Shown here: positions 1 to 11,457 of the stretch, piece by piece | Position numbering within the stretch: position 1 is the stretch's first letter | Layout: each line of letters starts with the position of its first letter | Assembly (NCBI GenBank): GCA_000708835.1 | Contig: DF237332.1 | Location: 1-64,000 of the forward strand | Source of the DNA: Klebsormidium nitens | Lineage: Eukaryota; Plantae; Klebsormidiophyceae | Direction: 5' to 3' | Length of the DNA: 64,000 nt | Position numbers and translations under genes: made by a program | Notes under the pieces: model-generated | What the model was told of the DNA's origin: nothing | The model's input: only the letters and a program-made list of their open reading frames with translations | Database searches by the model: none

Positions 1-48
1 GGGCCTCGGGCTGATGCTGTTCAAGGTGCTGGCCCTAGAACACATTCA

Positions 49-1470
49 TTGCATTCTCAGAACGTTCTTCCGGGTCGGGAAGAGGTAGTTGAACAGCCAG
101 TAGCAGCCCCAGTCAGAGCTTCTTACCTCCCGAAGCTTGATTTACCTGCTTTTAAGGGGGAAAAAGGGGGTCTGGCAGAAGTCTGGTTGACTCATCTGAC
201 AAGATTTCAAAGGCTTTACTCTCTCACAGAGGGCCAATTGGTTGAGATGGCTCGAATCTCCTGCAAGGGTGAATATGCGAGTCTTTGGGCCAGTATGCTG
301 CCTGATGACGTCACTTTACCGGAGTTTGTTGACGCCTTTCGCTCTGAATTTGTCAAACAAAATCCGGACAAGCTCATGCAAGAGCTTTTGGCAAAAACCC
401 AAACTGGGACTGTGGGGCAGTATGCTACCGAGATGCTCCGTCTGTTCAAAGCCTTGAACGTATCACCCGCAGAGCAAGTCCGGCACTTTTGTAGAGGTCT
501 CAAGTTCGGAATCAAAGAATCAGTAGCCTCTTCGGAGCCAGATTCTCTGCTGACCGCCATTCGCAGGGCTAAACGAATGGAGCAAACTTATGAGTCTGAT
601 TTGAATAAAAGCCCGCTGGGGTCAGTGGTTAAAGACATCGATGCTCAGGTCCAAAGACGTCTCAAGGAAGGATTGGATGAATTCCGCTACTTGCTCACTT
701 CGGACAATCTTCCTTCGAGACCTCGTCAGAATAACCACCTTCCGGCAAACGGAAGCCCAGTGTTTCAGGCTTTGGAAGGTGTTGGGGGCTCGTCAGGACC
801 CCGGAACACTAGGAATTTGAACTCAAACGGCAAACGGCCGTTTGAAGGCTTCAATAACAATCCTCCGAGGCCTCCTGGTCGCTGTCCCAAATGCTTGCAG
901 TCCGGACACCTTTTGAGGGACTGTGCAAACCCAGCTGCAGTACCGCTTTTTTCCTGTTGCAACTGGTGGGGACATCACAAAAACGGATGCTCTCAAAAGG
1001 CTGCTAACCCAATTCCCCCACCGCCTGCTCACAATCCACCTCCCGGAAATGTCCATTTCTTTGAGCAGGCTGTGGACGTTGGGCATGCACATGCTCAACC
1101 AAACTGGGAAGAAGGTCACATCTACCCCATGGATGTTCGGGTTTCTAATGATCTCCAGTGCAGCGAGGAGTTGTCTGATTCGGAGGCCGATTATTCGTCG
1201 TCAGAGGATGAGACAGGAGATTGCTATCATGGTCCCCGAGTAACTAGAGGGGGCCGGAAACTCGAAACGTTGCCGGAGCAAAGGGAACCGCTTTCCAAAC
1301 CGCTTTCGGCAGAGGAGAAGTCAAGAAGGCAAGCAAAACGGAGGAAACCGCCAAACTCGCAAAGATTCCAACTTGCGAATCATCAAACTCATTTTGAAAG
1401 ATGCTGGGCCTGCTTTGGCTGCTCACCGCCACCTCCCGCATTTCCGTACAGATCTGCATCATCACATTGA
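49..1470 (+). CDS. gag: Gag (retrotransposon capsid plus zinc knuckles), probably 5'-incomplete
   Basis: Capsid-like LPAFKGE...WLTHLTRF and QTGTVGQYATEMLRL segments. CX2CX4HX4C knuckle CPKCLQSGHLLRDC. Second knuckle FSCCNWWGHHKNGC with the first Cys replaced by Phe. Confidence 0.85.
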   Translation: MHSQNVLPGREEVVEQPVAAPVRASYLPKLDLPAFKGEKGGLAEVWLTHLTRFQRLYSLTEGQLVEMARISCKGEYASLWASMLPDDVTLPEFVDAFRSEFVKQNPDKLMQELLAKTQTGTVGQYATEMLRLFKALNVSPAEQVRHFCRGLKFGIKESVASSEPDSLLTAIRRAKRMEQTYESDLNKSPLGSVVKDIDAQVQRRLKEGLDEFRYLLTSDNLPSRPRQNNHLPANGSPVFQALEGVGGSSGPRNTRNLNSNGKRPFEGFNNNPPRPPGRCPKCLQSGHLLRDCANPAAVPLFSCCNWWGHHKNGCSQKAANPIPPPPAHNPPPGNVHFFEQAVDVGHAHAQPNWEEGHIYPMDVRVSNDLQCSEELSDSEADYSSSEDETGDCYHGPRVTRGGRKLETLPEQREPLSKPLSAEEKSRRQAKRRKPPNSQRFQLANHQTHFERCWACFGCSPPPPAFPYRSASSH

Positions 1471-2200
1471 TGATCTGTTTGGGCACGAGAGTAAGTCTCG
1501 ACAAGGCCCCGAGGTCCGGCTTCACCATACCGCAGCGGAGCAGCAACGGAAAAGGCCCCGGGTTGAAAAGCGATTGGTTAACCCCTCCTCCGAGGTTCAA
1601 GTGAACCTTAAGGTTGACATTGACCCAAAGTCTGACCGGACTAACTACCAGACTGAAGTCTCGTTGCAGATTGACGACGATCAAAAGACGCCTCACACAT
1701 TCCGGGCCGTCGTAGACTCCGGCGCAACTTCGTCAGGAATAAACGAGCGAATTCTGGAAACCCTTAACCTTTCTGACAAAATCCGACCCACCAATTATAC
1801 TTACAGGACCGCCGGTGGGGAGGTGCAGAAAGCTAAAGGGGTGGTTCGGTTGACAATCAGACTGGGTCCAATTACAGTTCGAACCTTTGTGGTGGTCATG
1901 CCCCGGACTTGTCGTTTTAATCTCCTCCTCGGAAACGAGATTATGACAGTCTTGCAGGGCGACATCATGAGGAGTGAGGGCGAGGTCCGGTTCCAATACG
2001 CCTCTACAATTGTTCGACTGCCTCTCCTCCCTCGAGAGAAGCCTAGAACACCGGATGACATCTTTCTCATCACCGCTGCAGATGTTCCGGATGGCTGGGT
2101 GAATCAGATTGCCCCGAAGATCGAGCTGCCAAAAAACGGGAAGCGAACCGTCCGCACTGGACGGAATACCGGCCAAACGTTGATCACGGTCCAATTCTAA
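1373..2200 (+). pseudogene. pol: Retroviral-type aspartic protease region of pol
   Basis: AVVDSGATSSGI active-site motif and FNLLLGNE C-terminal motif. Different frame from both gag and RT; ends in TAA. Confidence 0.85.
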
Positions 2201-2259
2201 GCTGCGTATGGATCTCTGATCTTGCAGATTTCCGGACCGGGATCAACTGGGCCAAGAAG

Positions 2260-3963
2260 GTGTACAGCCGGGTCGCTTACAAGAAGCTCTGCGTTCAAGA
2301 GAGGCGGTGGAAGAAGAAGGAAACCTTCCGACCGTTCAGGTGGGTGATTCCCGAAGGTTCTCCTGAACCACCCCTCTGCTTAAAACGCATCTTTATTCAA
2401 ACCGTTGAACCCCCTGTTCCGGAACAACCGCCAAAGCGACCGTACACTGAAGAAGACGTTCAAAGTATTTTGGCAGCTCTTAAGTTTGGGCCTGAACTTT
2501 TACCCTCTGAAAGGGAGGAGTTGGAGGTTGTGATTCGCCGGAGAATTGAGGCGTTTAGCCGGGATGATGCTGAGATGGGCTATACCACACTTATACAGTG
2601 TGAAATTGACCTTTTGGATCAGAAACCTGTTCAAATCAAGCCATACCGCCTGTCTTTTCACGAACAAAAGGAAGCAATCAAAATCATCGAACAACTTTTG
2701 CGTGAAAAGGCTATCGCCCCGTCGAAGTCCAATTGGGCCTCCCCTGCTTTCCTCATCGAGAAACCAAACCGGCCCGGGTTTTACAGAATGGTGGTGGATC
2801 TCCGGGAGGTAAATAGTCGGTGCCTTGATTGGAAAATACCTCTCCCAGCAATTGAAGACTTGTTGCACAAGCTCGGCCAGTCTGACTTGTTCTGTGTCAT
2901 GGACATCACCCGGGGGTTTTGGAATGTCCCGCTTTCTCCTTCCTCGAGAAAGTATACCGCCTTCACCTTGAGAAACATTGGTCTTTTCGAATACCTCGTC
3001 ATGCCCATGGGGCTGAAGAACGCCCCAGCCACTTTCGTCCGGCTGTGCGAGATGGTGTTTCCGAAGCAAGAATTTGATGATTTTCTGCAAGTTTTCATCG
3101 ATGACCTTTGTTGTCATGCCCGGGGGGTGAGTTCTTTGGCACAACGACTGGATCGAGTCTTGGAGCGTATTATTTGGGCCAATCTGAAACTGCATCCTCA
3201 AAAGTCCTCAATTGCAGTCCGAGAGGTTGATTACTTAGGGCACACTATTTTCTTCGGAGGCTTCAAAGTCAGCCCCAAGAAAGCACAAGCTGTGCGAAAC
3301 CTCCTTCCTCCCACCACTTTGAAGGAACTTCAAGCGGTGAACGGCATGTTTCAGTACTTCCGGTGCTTTATCAAGGATTTCTCGAAAATTGCACGGCCTT
3401 TGACAACTTTGCTATCGCCCTCCGTTCCGTTTGTTTGGACGGATCAGTGCCAAGCTGCTTTCGAGTATCTCAAAGACCGGTTGTGCTCCGAGCCGATTCT
3501 CACCCGGTTCCGCCCGGAGCTGCCTTGTATCCTCGATTGTGATTTCCAGGGCCGCACTTTGGGTGTGGTTCTTAGTCAATTGCATCCAGGGGAGAAACGG
3601 GAGCGAGTGGTAGGTTATGGCTCGCGCTGTCTCACCAAGCAGGAGCTTCGGTATACGGCCACCGAGGGCGAGTTAATGGCGCTTCTTTATGGGTTAACAA
3701 ATTTCCGGGTTTACCTGAAAAACGGCCCTCGCTTTTTGGTTCGAACTGACCATTGGGCTCTCAGGTGGATTCGGAAACTTCGCCCAACGACTGGCCGCCT
3801 TGCTCGCTGGTTGTATACGCTCGATCAAGATTTTCAATTTGATGTGGAGCACCGCCCGGGTCGCTTTCATCGAGTGCCTGACGGGTTGTCTCGAGCTCCT
3901 GCTAGTCATCTGGACAGGGAACGGATCTGTGACTTGCCTGAAAGCGACGAGGACGTCGCTTGA
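2260..3963 (+). pseudogene. pol: Reverse transcriptase plus RNase H of pol
   Basis: WASPAFLIEK, RMVVDLREVN, MPMGLKNAPATF, FIDD catalytic motif and YLGH. RNase H motifs LDCDF, YTATEGELMAL, VRTDHWAL and VPDGLSR. Confidence 0.97.
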
Positions 3964-4621
3964 TCTTTCCAGGGTACGGATTGCTTCCGCTCAATAAAAG
4001 TTCTCTTCGTTCCGTTCAGCTTATTGCTGGGAAGCTTGTTTGAAAAGAGCTGGAACAAGTTGATTGTCACTATGCCAAAAGATCGAGGCCCAAATTTCTT
4101 TGTTCCGTTTGAATTCCGTTGGTAGAAACTTTCCGGGGGTTAAGCTGACTCTGGACACAAGAAGTGCCTGAATTAGCGTCATTGCATAACCCCACGGAAC
4201 CACGAGACTCTTGTTCTGTCTGAACCTTCTAACATTAAACTTGAAGTGGAAACGTCCACTCAACAATTTCCCGGAATCTTGGCAGGTCGCTACTCCATTA
4301 TTCTGGAAGTCTCCACCGAGGCTACAAGCCCGGGAGAACGAAACACGAACGAACAAACGACGAAAACATTCCCAAGGTTGCTGATCACAATCTTGGAAGT
4401 CCTTGTGCAGGCAAAGACTTGCAGGGGAACGAAAGGAACCGAACACGACTGAAACCTCTCGAGGTTTGAATCTTGTTTCATTGAAGCTAAACCCGATCAG
4501 CAATCAGCATCATTTAGACTGGCTGGCCACCAGCAATCCCTTGCTGGAAGACCGAGGGCGTCACCCACTCAGCTCGTGAATCATTTTCACGAGCTGACCG
4601 AGTTCAACCCACTCTTGCAGG

Positions 4622-5038
4622 NNNNNNNNNNNNNNNNNNNNNNNNNNNNNNNNNNNNNNNNNNNNNNNNNNNNNNNNNNNNNNNNNNNNNNNNNNNNNNN
4701 NNNNNNNNNNNNNNNNNNNNNNNNNNNNNNNNNNNNNNNNNNNNNNNNNNNNNNNNNNNNNNNNNNNNNNNNNNNNNNNNNNNNNNNNNNNNNNNNNNNN
4801 NNNNNNNNNNNNNNNNNNNNNNNNNNNNNNNNNNNNNNNNNNNNNNNNNNNNNNNNNNNNNNNNNNNNNNNNNNNNNNNNNNNNNNNNNNNNNNNNNNNN
4901 NNNNNNNNNNNNNNNNNNNNNNNNNNNNNNNNNNNNNNNNNNNNNNNNNNNNNNNNNNNNNNNNNNNNNNNNNNNNNNNNNNNNNNNNNNNNNNNNNNNN
5001 NNNNNNNNNNNNNNNNNNNNNNNNNNNNNNNNNNNNNN
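4622..5038. other. Assembly gap (N-run)
   Basis: Run of N. Confidence 1.
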
Positions 5039-5362
5039 AGGGGACCAGCAAGGGGCCAAGTCACAGTCGAATCCGAATCCGACAGTTCATTCTGAACATT
5101 CCCTCGAAGACGTGACGCGAGCAATTGGCCGCTGGACACCCTTTGGTCTCCCCGAACTCCAATCGCTTAGAGAGCTATCACTCAACAGCTATCTTCAGCT
5201 TGGATTCTACTCCTCGTATATCGTCTCACCAGCCCATATCTCTCTCACCCCGAGTCGATTCCGTTCAGCGCCGCTTCAGAAACTTCAAGAAGGCAATTTT
5301 CGCTTGATTCCTGATTCGAGGGGACCGATTATGGTCAAAGGTGCAGACGCTCGGCGAGTTCT

Positions 5363-6658
5363 GTGGGCGAGGAAAGATTCCAAGCTGTAGATGATATCCA
5401 TAGAGGGGAAGGTCATTATCCGGGTTCCGCTGAAAAAACCCGGTGCAAAGTTCAGGAGCGCTACTTCTTTCCACAACTTACCTCTTTTGTGCGGGAGATG
5501 GTGAAGCGTTGTGATGGATGTCAGAAAGAAAAAGCAGGAAAAGCTCCTCGAAACGACCGAGATATGCTGCCAACACCTCCTACTGCTCCTTTTTTCCGGG
5601 TCCATCTTGATACTGCCGGCCCCTTCGAACCAGCCGGACCTGAACGTTTTGAATTTGTGGGGATTGCTGTTGACTTTGTCACGAAGTGGGTGGAAGTCTG
5701 GCCAATGAAAAGAAACGACTCGAAAGAGATGGCAGCTGGTTACCTGCGAGAGGTTTTGCACCGCCATGCTGGAACTTTTGAAGTCGTAACTGGTCGGGGT
5801 TCCGAATTCGAAAAGCATTTCCAAGCTTTGATACGTGATTGGGGTTTAAATTCCGTTCCGGTTGGGGTTAGGAATCCGCAGGCTAACGGAATGGCCGAGC
5901 GAATGGTGCAGATTTTCAAGTCCAGTTTGCGAAAGGTGTGCGACCAACATCCTGCCAAGTGGCATCTCCGGCTCTCGGGTATTGCCTTTGATTTCTGAAC
6001 CACCATTCAGGATACAATTCAGATGTCACCCTTTCAGTGCCTGTACGGACGCTCACCTCTTTTGCCCATAGAACTCACAAGTTTACCAACTCGGGAAGGA
6101 CTGGTTCGTCCTAACCTAACTCAGAATGAAACCCAAGAACAAACCGCCGCGCGTCACCGAGCAATTCAGGAAGCACAGTCGATGGCTAAAGCTCGAATTT
6201 TGGGTGCCGCTATTGTGCAGAGACGAAATTTTGTGCGATGGCACGCCACCAGCAAGACCCGCACGAGCGAACTCAAAAAGGGGGATTGGGTGCTCATGCG
6301 AAGGCCGGGCACAATCAAGGGGCACAGGTTCCGTTGGGAAGGGCCCTACAGTTTTGCAGGGTGGCTCCCCGGAATGCGGGACAAAAAAGGAGTTTTAAGA
6401 GACCAAAAAGGGCAAACTTGGGCTCGCACCTCCCGCGAGATTTTCAAGTATTTCCCCCGGTTGGAATTCGTCAGGGAGTACCTGCAGGAAACTCGGGTCG
6501 TGGATGGCGTCCGGCCCATCCCCCGCCTCATACTCACGCGTTTTCTCGAAGGGGATTACGTCGCACCGCCCTTCCTTACACTCCGTTTGGAGCAAGCCAT
6601 CCGCAAAGTCCGCAAGCTCCATGGCTTTGTGCCCCTCCGCCGACACAACAATCCCTAA
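5363..6658 (+). pseudogene. pol: Integrase (HHCC zinc domain, DDE core, GPY/F module), disrupted
   Basis: H..H..CDGC zinc domain, HLDTAGPF, NPQANGMAER and RWEGPY. The second catalytic Asp reads Gly (VTGRGSEF). In-frame TGA at 5996-5998, after which the same frame continues (TTIQDTIQMSPF). Confidence 0.95.
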
Positions 6659-6708
6659 ATTTTGGTTCCCGGCACTTTGCAGGCACTAAACGCACTGCCT
6701 CCTCTCGC

Positions 6709-9700
6709 ATGGACGATACACCGGTCAAAGACGGGAAGCGGCTCAAGGATGAGCACGATCAGCGCCGGAATGACTCCAGCGACTCGTCACCACCGCCGCG
6801 CCGGGAGAAAAACGGGTTAGGTGTAAACCCGGAACCGGAGGGAGTCTCGGAAAATGGGGCCATACTGGCAATTGAGGAAGCAGAACCGGGACAACTTGAA
6901 CCTGACTCCGAAGGGGGTTCGGTTCCCTTGGCGGCAGCGGCCGCGCCGATTCTCACCGACGAGGAAAGCGCCCGGCTTTTCCTGGAGTGCTTGGAGGAGA
7001 TCAAGAACCGCTTAACCCCCCAGACTTTTGCGAATTGGCTGTTCGTTCTTGGGAACTGCCTCCGGTGGGCACACGACAAAGCCTTTGACGACTACCCCAA
7101 ACTCCACAGTCTGGTCTTTGGGTTAGTGCGCCGGATTGTAACCTCCGAGGCATTCAACCTCTTTGTGGGGCGGGGGTTCGAAGCCAACCGGTTCTACCTC
7201 CTCGGGTTAGTCGAGTGGGTTAAAGGGCAGGCCGATAACCAGAAGGGCGGCATCGACAAATATATCCACGTCTACGCCAACACTATAGCCAAGGTGTCTA
7301 AGGCAAAAATCCCGAAGGACAAGCACGATCAGTGGCTGGTGAAGGCAACCACTTCGCTGGTGGGCAATGGAGCGCAGACCAGCCGGGTCTACACCGAAGT
7401 TGCCCGAATCATGGTCGACTCTGGCTGGCTCAACAAACGGTTGCGCAGCCCCCCTTTTGTGGAGAACCGCTTCAGGCCGGCAGAATCACAGAGAAGATCC
7501 CTCTTACGGATTCGCGGCCCACCACTGGTCAAACGGTAAAGTCCGCTCTTGAGCATCTCACCGCCTGGGAGGTTGACTTCGACAATCGCAGTAGTCAAAA
7601 TGTCGTCTCCAGGAGGGACGAAGTTCGTAGCTCGGGGGGAGGCGAGCATGGGGTCAAGCGTGGAACGGAGGAGCGCGCGGGTGGTCAGCATAAGGGGAAG
7701 AAAAAAGAAACCGCCGAAACGGAGCCCATGGACGAAGATCAGCCCCTCGAGTCCCCTCGGAAGAAGGNNNNNNNNNNNNNNNNNNNNNNNNNNNNNNNNN
7801 NNNNNNNNNNNNNNNNNNNNNNNNNNNNNNNNNNNNNNNNNNNNNNNNNNNNNNNNNNNNNNNNNNNNNNNNNNNNNNNNNNNNNNNNNNNNNNNNNNNN
7901 NNNNNNNNNNNNNNNNNNNNNNNNNNNNNNNNNNNNNNNNNNNNNNNNNNNNNNNNNNNNNNNNNNNNNNNNNNNNNNNNNNNNNNNNNNNNNNNNNNNN
8001 NNNNNNNNNNNNNNNNNNNNNNNNNNNNNNNNNNNNNNNNNNNNNNNNNNNNNNNNNNNNNNNNNNNNNNNNNNNNNNNNNNNNNNNNNNNNNNNNNNNN
8101 NNNNNNNNNNNNNNNNNNNNNNNNNNNNNNNNNNNNNNNNNNNNNNNNNNNNNNNNNNNNNNNNNNNNNNNNNNNNNNNNNNNNNNNNNNNNNNNNNNNN
8201 NNNNNNNNNNNNNNNNNNNNNNNNNNNNNNNNNNNNNNNNNNNNNNNNNNNNNNNNNNNNNNNNNNNNNNNNNNNNNNNNNNNNNNNNNNNNNNNNNNNN
8301 NNNNNNNNNNNNNNNNNNNNNNNNNNNNNNNNNNNNNNNNNNNNNNNNNNNNNNNNNNNNNNNNNNNNNNNNNNNNNNNNNNNNNNNNNNNNNCCGCCAA
8401 ACCCTTGTCGCCCGCAGCCAAACCCGAGTCCCTACCGCCAGCTCAACAGCCCCTGCCCAAAACCGGGACCGCCTTGGATGCTGCCGAAGTTAACCTCGGG
8501 GTTAAAGAACCTGGGCAGAGCAGCCCGGCAAGAGAGCGATTAGGTAAAGAGGAGAAAAAGCGGAAGAAAGGGGACAAGCTCGGCGCTGCCCAAGCTGCAG
8601 GGGGTTCTGGTCCGGTTGTCACTCCGGAACAGCGCAAAGAGCAGTTGAAAACGGAAATAGAAGTGGCTCAGCGGGCGGAACAGGTTTGCGTCAAGGAGGG
8701 GCGTTTTAAAGCCGCGCTTGAGTTTAAGAACGAGGTCGAGGAGAAACAGGAGAAGTTGGAAGCTTTGTTGGAAAAGGATCGGCGGGCTGCCGAAGAAGAA
8801 GAACGCCGCAAAGCTGACATGAGGGAGCGGGCGAAGGAAGCCAAACGGGCAGAGGTGCAAGCGGTTTTTGAACCTCCGTTGCCCAAGGATACGCCAGAGG
8901 AACGGGAGGCCTATATCCTGGGGGCTGTCAAGAAGGACAAGAACGGAGAAATGGAAGTTCTCAGGAGGGACTCGGGGGAAAGACCTCAGGATAAACGCCC
9001 AAAGAGCCCGTCCCTTTCAAGCAACCAGCCGCAAAACCTCCTCAGCCCACTTCGAACAAGGTGAGGAATTTTCAGTCGTGTGCCGAAACGGAACACGTGT
9101 ATACTTCAACTTGTTCAGAGCGGATCCAGCTTGCAATTTCTGCAAGTCCGAACGCGCCGGTTTTGTTGAAGCCAGAGGACGATGGCGATCCGAAACGCGC
9201 TCGAGAACGCGTGCTTCGCGAGGCTCTTCTAAAAAAGCAAAAGTTGGGCGAACTTTTTGCCCAACCGAACTCGACCCTTCTGGTCGGGATGAATGAACTA
9301 CCTCCGACCCCCCAGCTTTTGGATCCGCGTCAAGGGGTTCGTTTTCCGGTTTGCTGTGAGCATAGTGCCGCTCTCAAAAGCTTGGAATCAGATATGATTC
9401 TTCTTCGCCCCAACGATACTGTTCAAATCCGCTTGCTTAAGCAAGAATTGCTGCTCCTCAAAGCCGCTGTCAAACATTACGCAGCAAGGATTGAACTTCC
9501 GCTCAAAGCCAGTTCTTTACCGGCGCAGGACTCGGAGCTGAAACCTGCAACGGTAGCGGAAACAGCCCCGACTGCAAGGGACCCGAGTCAAGCTCCACCC
9601 GCTGCCCAAACGGGGCCCGGGATGGCCGGGGCACCCACTGGACCGGCTGCTCAAGAAAACGTGCAACTTTCGACCGCCGAGCAAGCCCGGGTAATTCTCT

Positions 9701-9993
9701 CAAGGAACATCCCTGAGCGGCGCGTTGTGTACGTGGACTCTCGTCACAACGTTATCAGTTTCTTCTCAGCCAACTTGTTCTACACGGGGCACACAGCCTT
9801 CCCGCTGGACGTCTATATGTCCGGACTGGTTGACGAAGGCGGTCCCCAGGATGGTGACGTGTTCGTCTTCCTCGGGAATCCGCCTCGCAACTTTTTTGCG
9901 ACCTGGCGCGAAACAACTGACGACTCGCCGTCGCCCGAAACCGGTCCGTGGCGCCCGCTTGGCGTGTCTGGCGGACCCATCGGCCGACAGTGA
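6709..9993 (+). CDS. Additional sense-strand ORF(s) 3' of pol, unknown function, broken by frameshifts and an N-gap
   Basis: ATG at 6709 just after the integrase stop. Open segments at 6709-7539, ~7520-7767, 8394-9064 and ~8995-9993. Contains a helical block, a charged coiled-coil block (EEKQEKLEALLEKDRRAAEEEERRK) and a C-terminal globular-looking block. Lies upstream of the PPT-like tract. Confidence 0.6.
7768..8393. other. Assembly gap (N-run)
   Basis: Run of N. Confidence 1.
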
Positions 9994-10170
9994 CCTGCTC
10001 ACGTGCCCTACCAAAAGCCAACCTGGCTTGGTGGTGGCCAACTGGTTCAGCAAACTGCTGACAAGATCTGGTGCAGGCTGTGTAGAGAAACTTTGTATAT
10101 AGTACAAGCTAATCTAGCTAATATACATAGTGTCCAGTTTTTGCTGATCCTCATTGCATCTTGATGCGCG

Positions 10171-10212
10171 GGGACGCGATCTCAAACGGGGGGAGCCGTC
10201 ACAGCTGTGACG
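10171..10212 (+). other. Putative polypurine tract and start of 3' LTR
   Basis: GGGACGCGATCTCAAACGGGGGGAG followed by CGTCACAGCTGTGACG (16-bp perfect palindrome at 10197-10212). This may be a TGTCAC LTR start with a T>C change. The LTR end cannot be defined without the 5' LTR. Confidence 0.45.
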
Positions 10213-10647
10213 AAACATTTCCGCCCTGCCGGACCGGACTGCCGAGTCCGTACAACCGCCGAAATCGCGGCCGCATTTGTATCGATAAACCTCGCGGTTT
10301 AGACAGTCGCCGCGTCGTGCGTGCAGAGACTCTGCATAATGTAGATACCACTTATTACGTAAGCACTAGAGACGTTTGGAAGACGTTCGAAGTTGACGAC
10401 TCAAAACATTCATTCCAAATTGACCAAGTAAGGAAGCTCTTGCCGCACGTCCATCGTTCTTGCGCACTATGGCGTCCTAGTAAGCTACTTCATGGTGTTT
10501 CGAGCAGCTTTCGAGGACTTGCGTGACCGATTTGCATCATTGAATACTTGTTGTTGAGCCGCAGGAGAATCCGGGCTCGTGTGTACTTTATCCCGGTTGG
10601 GGTGTTGTTTTGCGTCACAATACCGATTTTTGAAAGGTGAAGAATCC

Positions 10648-10954
10648 GGAATACCCAAATTTTGCCCCTGGAATACTAGAATACAGAATACTGATTTTTT
10701 TGGAGCATACTACACAACATGTGATAAAGGAAGGCCGAATCTCTGCATTGAGAACAGAAAGACACCCGAAAGCACATTCTGGACAAAAGAAACCTTTGAA
10801 AGGATTGCTTCGACCAGCGCACCGCTATTGAACATTTCGAAATTGTCAAATTGGACTTTCTCAAAATGGGATACGGAATACTTGAGCTCCTTGGAATACG
10901 GAATACAGCTTCTGAAAAGCTTTGGAATACAAAATACTTGGGTGCAAGTATTCC
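10648..10954. repeat. Clustered (G)GAATAC short repeats, possible non-autonomous DNA-transposon remnant
   Basis: About 8 direct GAATAC copies in two clusters (10648-10691 and 10875-10930) plus an inverted GTATTCC at 10948. Confidence 0.4.
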
Positions 10955-11457
10955 ATGTTCCGGGGCCGATTGAGATCGCAGGCGCTTATTTCTTGGACAC
11001 ATCTCTCATCAGCAGCGTGACCATCATAGTTTGCATCCCGGACAGCAATTGCAATGAGAGCTTTTAATTTGCGTAAGTAATGAATGTTTGGCAATGTATT
11101 ATCCGGAAGTGTTTATGAAGTATTAGGGATTGTCATTGCAGGGAAGTGAAGAGCGTCCGGCTGCAGAGCTAAGAATCCTCCACGCAGGTGTGTAAATTTC
11201 GTCACAGTATATGCATGGTGTAGGCGGCTGGTCAGCAATGCTGCACAGACGCTATTATTGCAGACTCGGAAATCATGGTACGTGCGCGAGTACCGATAGA
11301 GCAAGTCGTTCTTTCTCTGCATCGCGTGAAGGCGCTCGACGAATAAGAGATTGAACTGACTATCCACGCTTCCACAATAGGCGTCACATGCATCGGGATT
11401 CTAACGACACATGATTGTTAGTCGGCGCTTTAGCCGAATACATTCTAAAGCTGTGTT

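Larger units (their letters stand above)
1..10212 (+). mobile_element. Decayed Ty3/Gypsy LTR retrotransposon (5' end outside window), with extra 3' ORF(s)
   Basis: Domain order gag - protease - RT - RNase H - integrase is Ty3/Gypsy. Multiple in-frame stops and frameshifts. Purine-rich PPT-like tract at ~10171-10195. No chromodomain seen after the integrase. Confidence 0.95.

Noticed and set aside
4561-5139. ORFs spanning N-runs (also 7332-8543, 7549-8493, 7654-8421)
   Set aside because: Artefacts of translating assembly gaps
10344-10350. GATACCA as the reverse complement of a tRNA-iMet primer-binding site
   Set aside because: Only 7 nt match TGGTATC(AGAGC), and both orientation and position are wrong for this element
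10579-11067. 162-aa ORF
   Set aside because: GTG start, no recognisable motif, and internal repeats explained by the non-coding GGAATAC clusters
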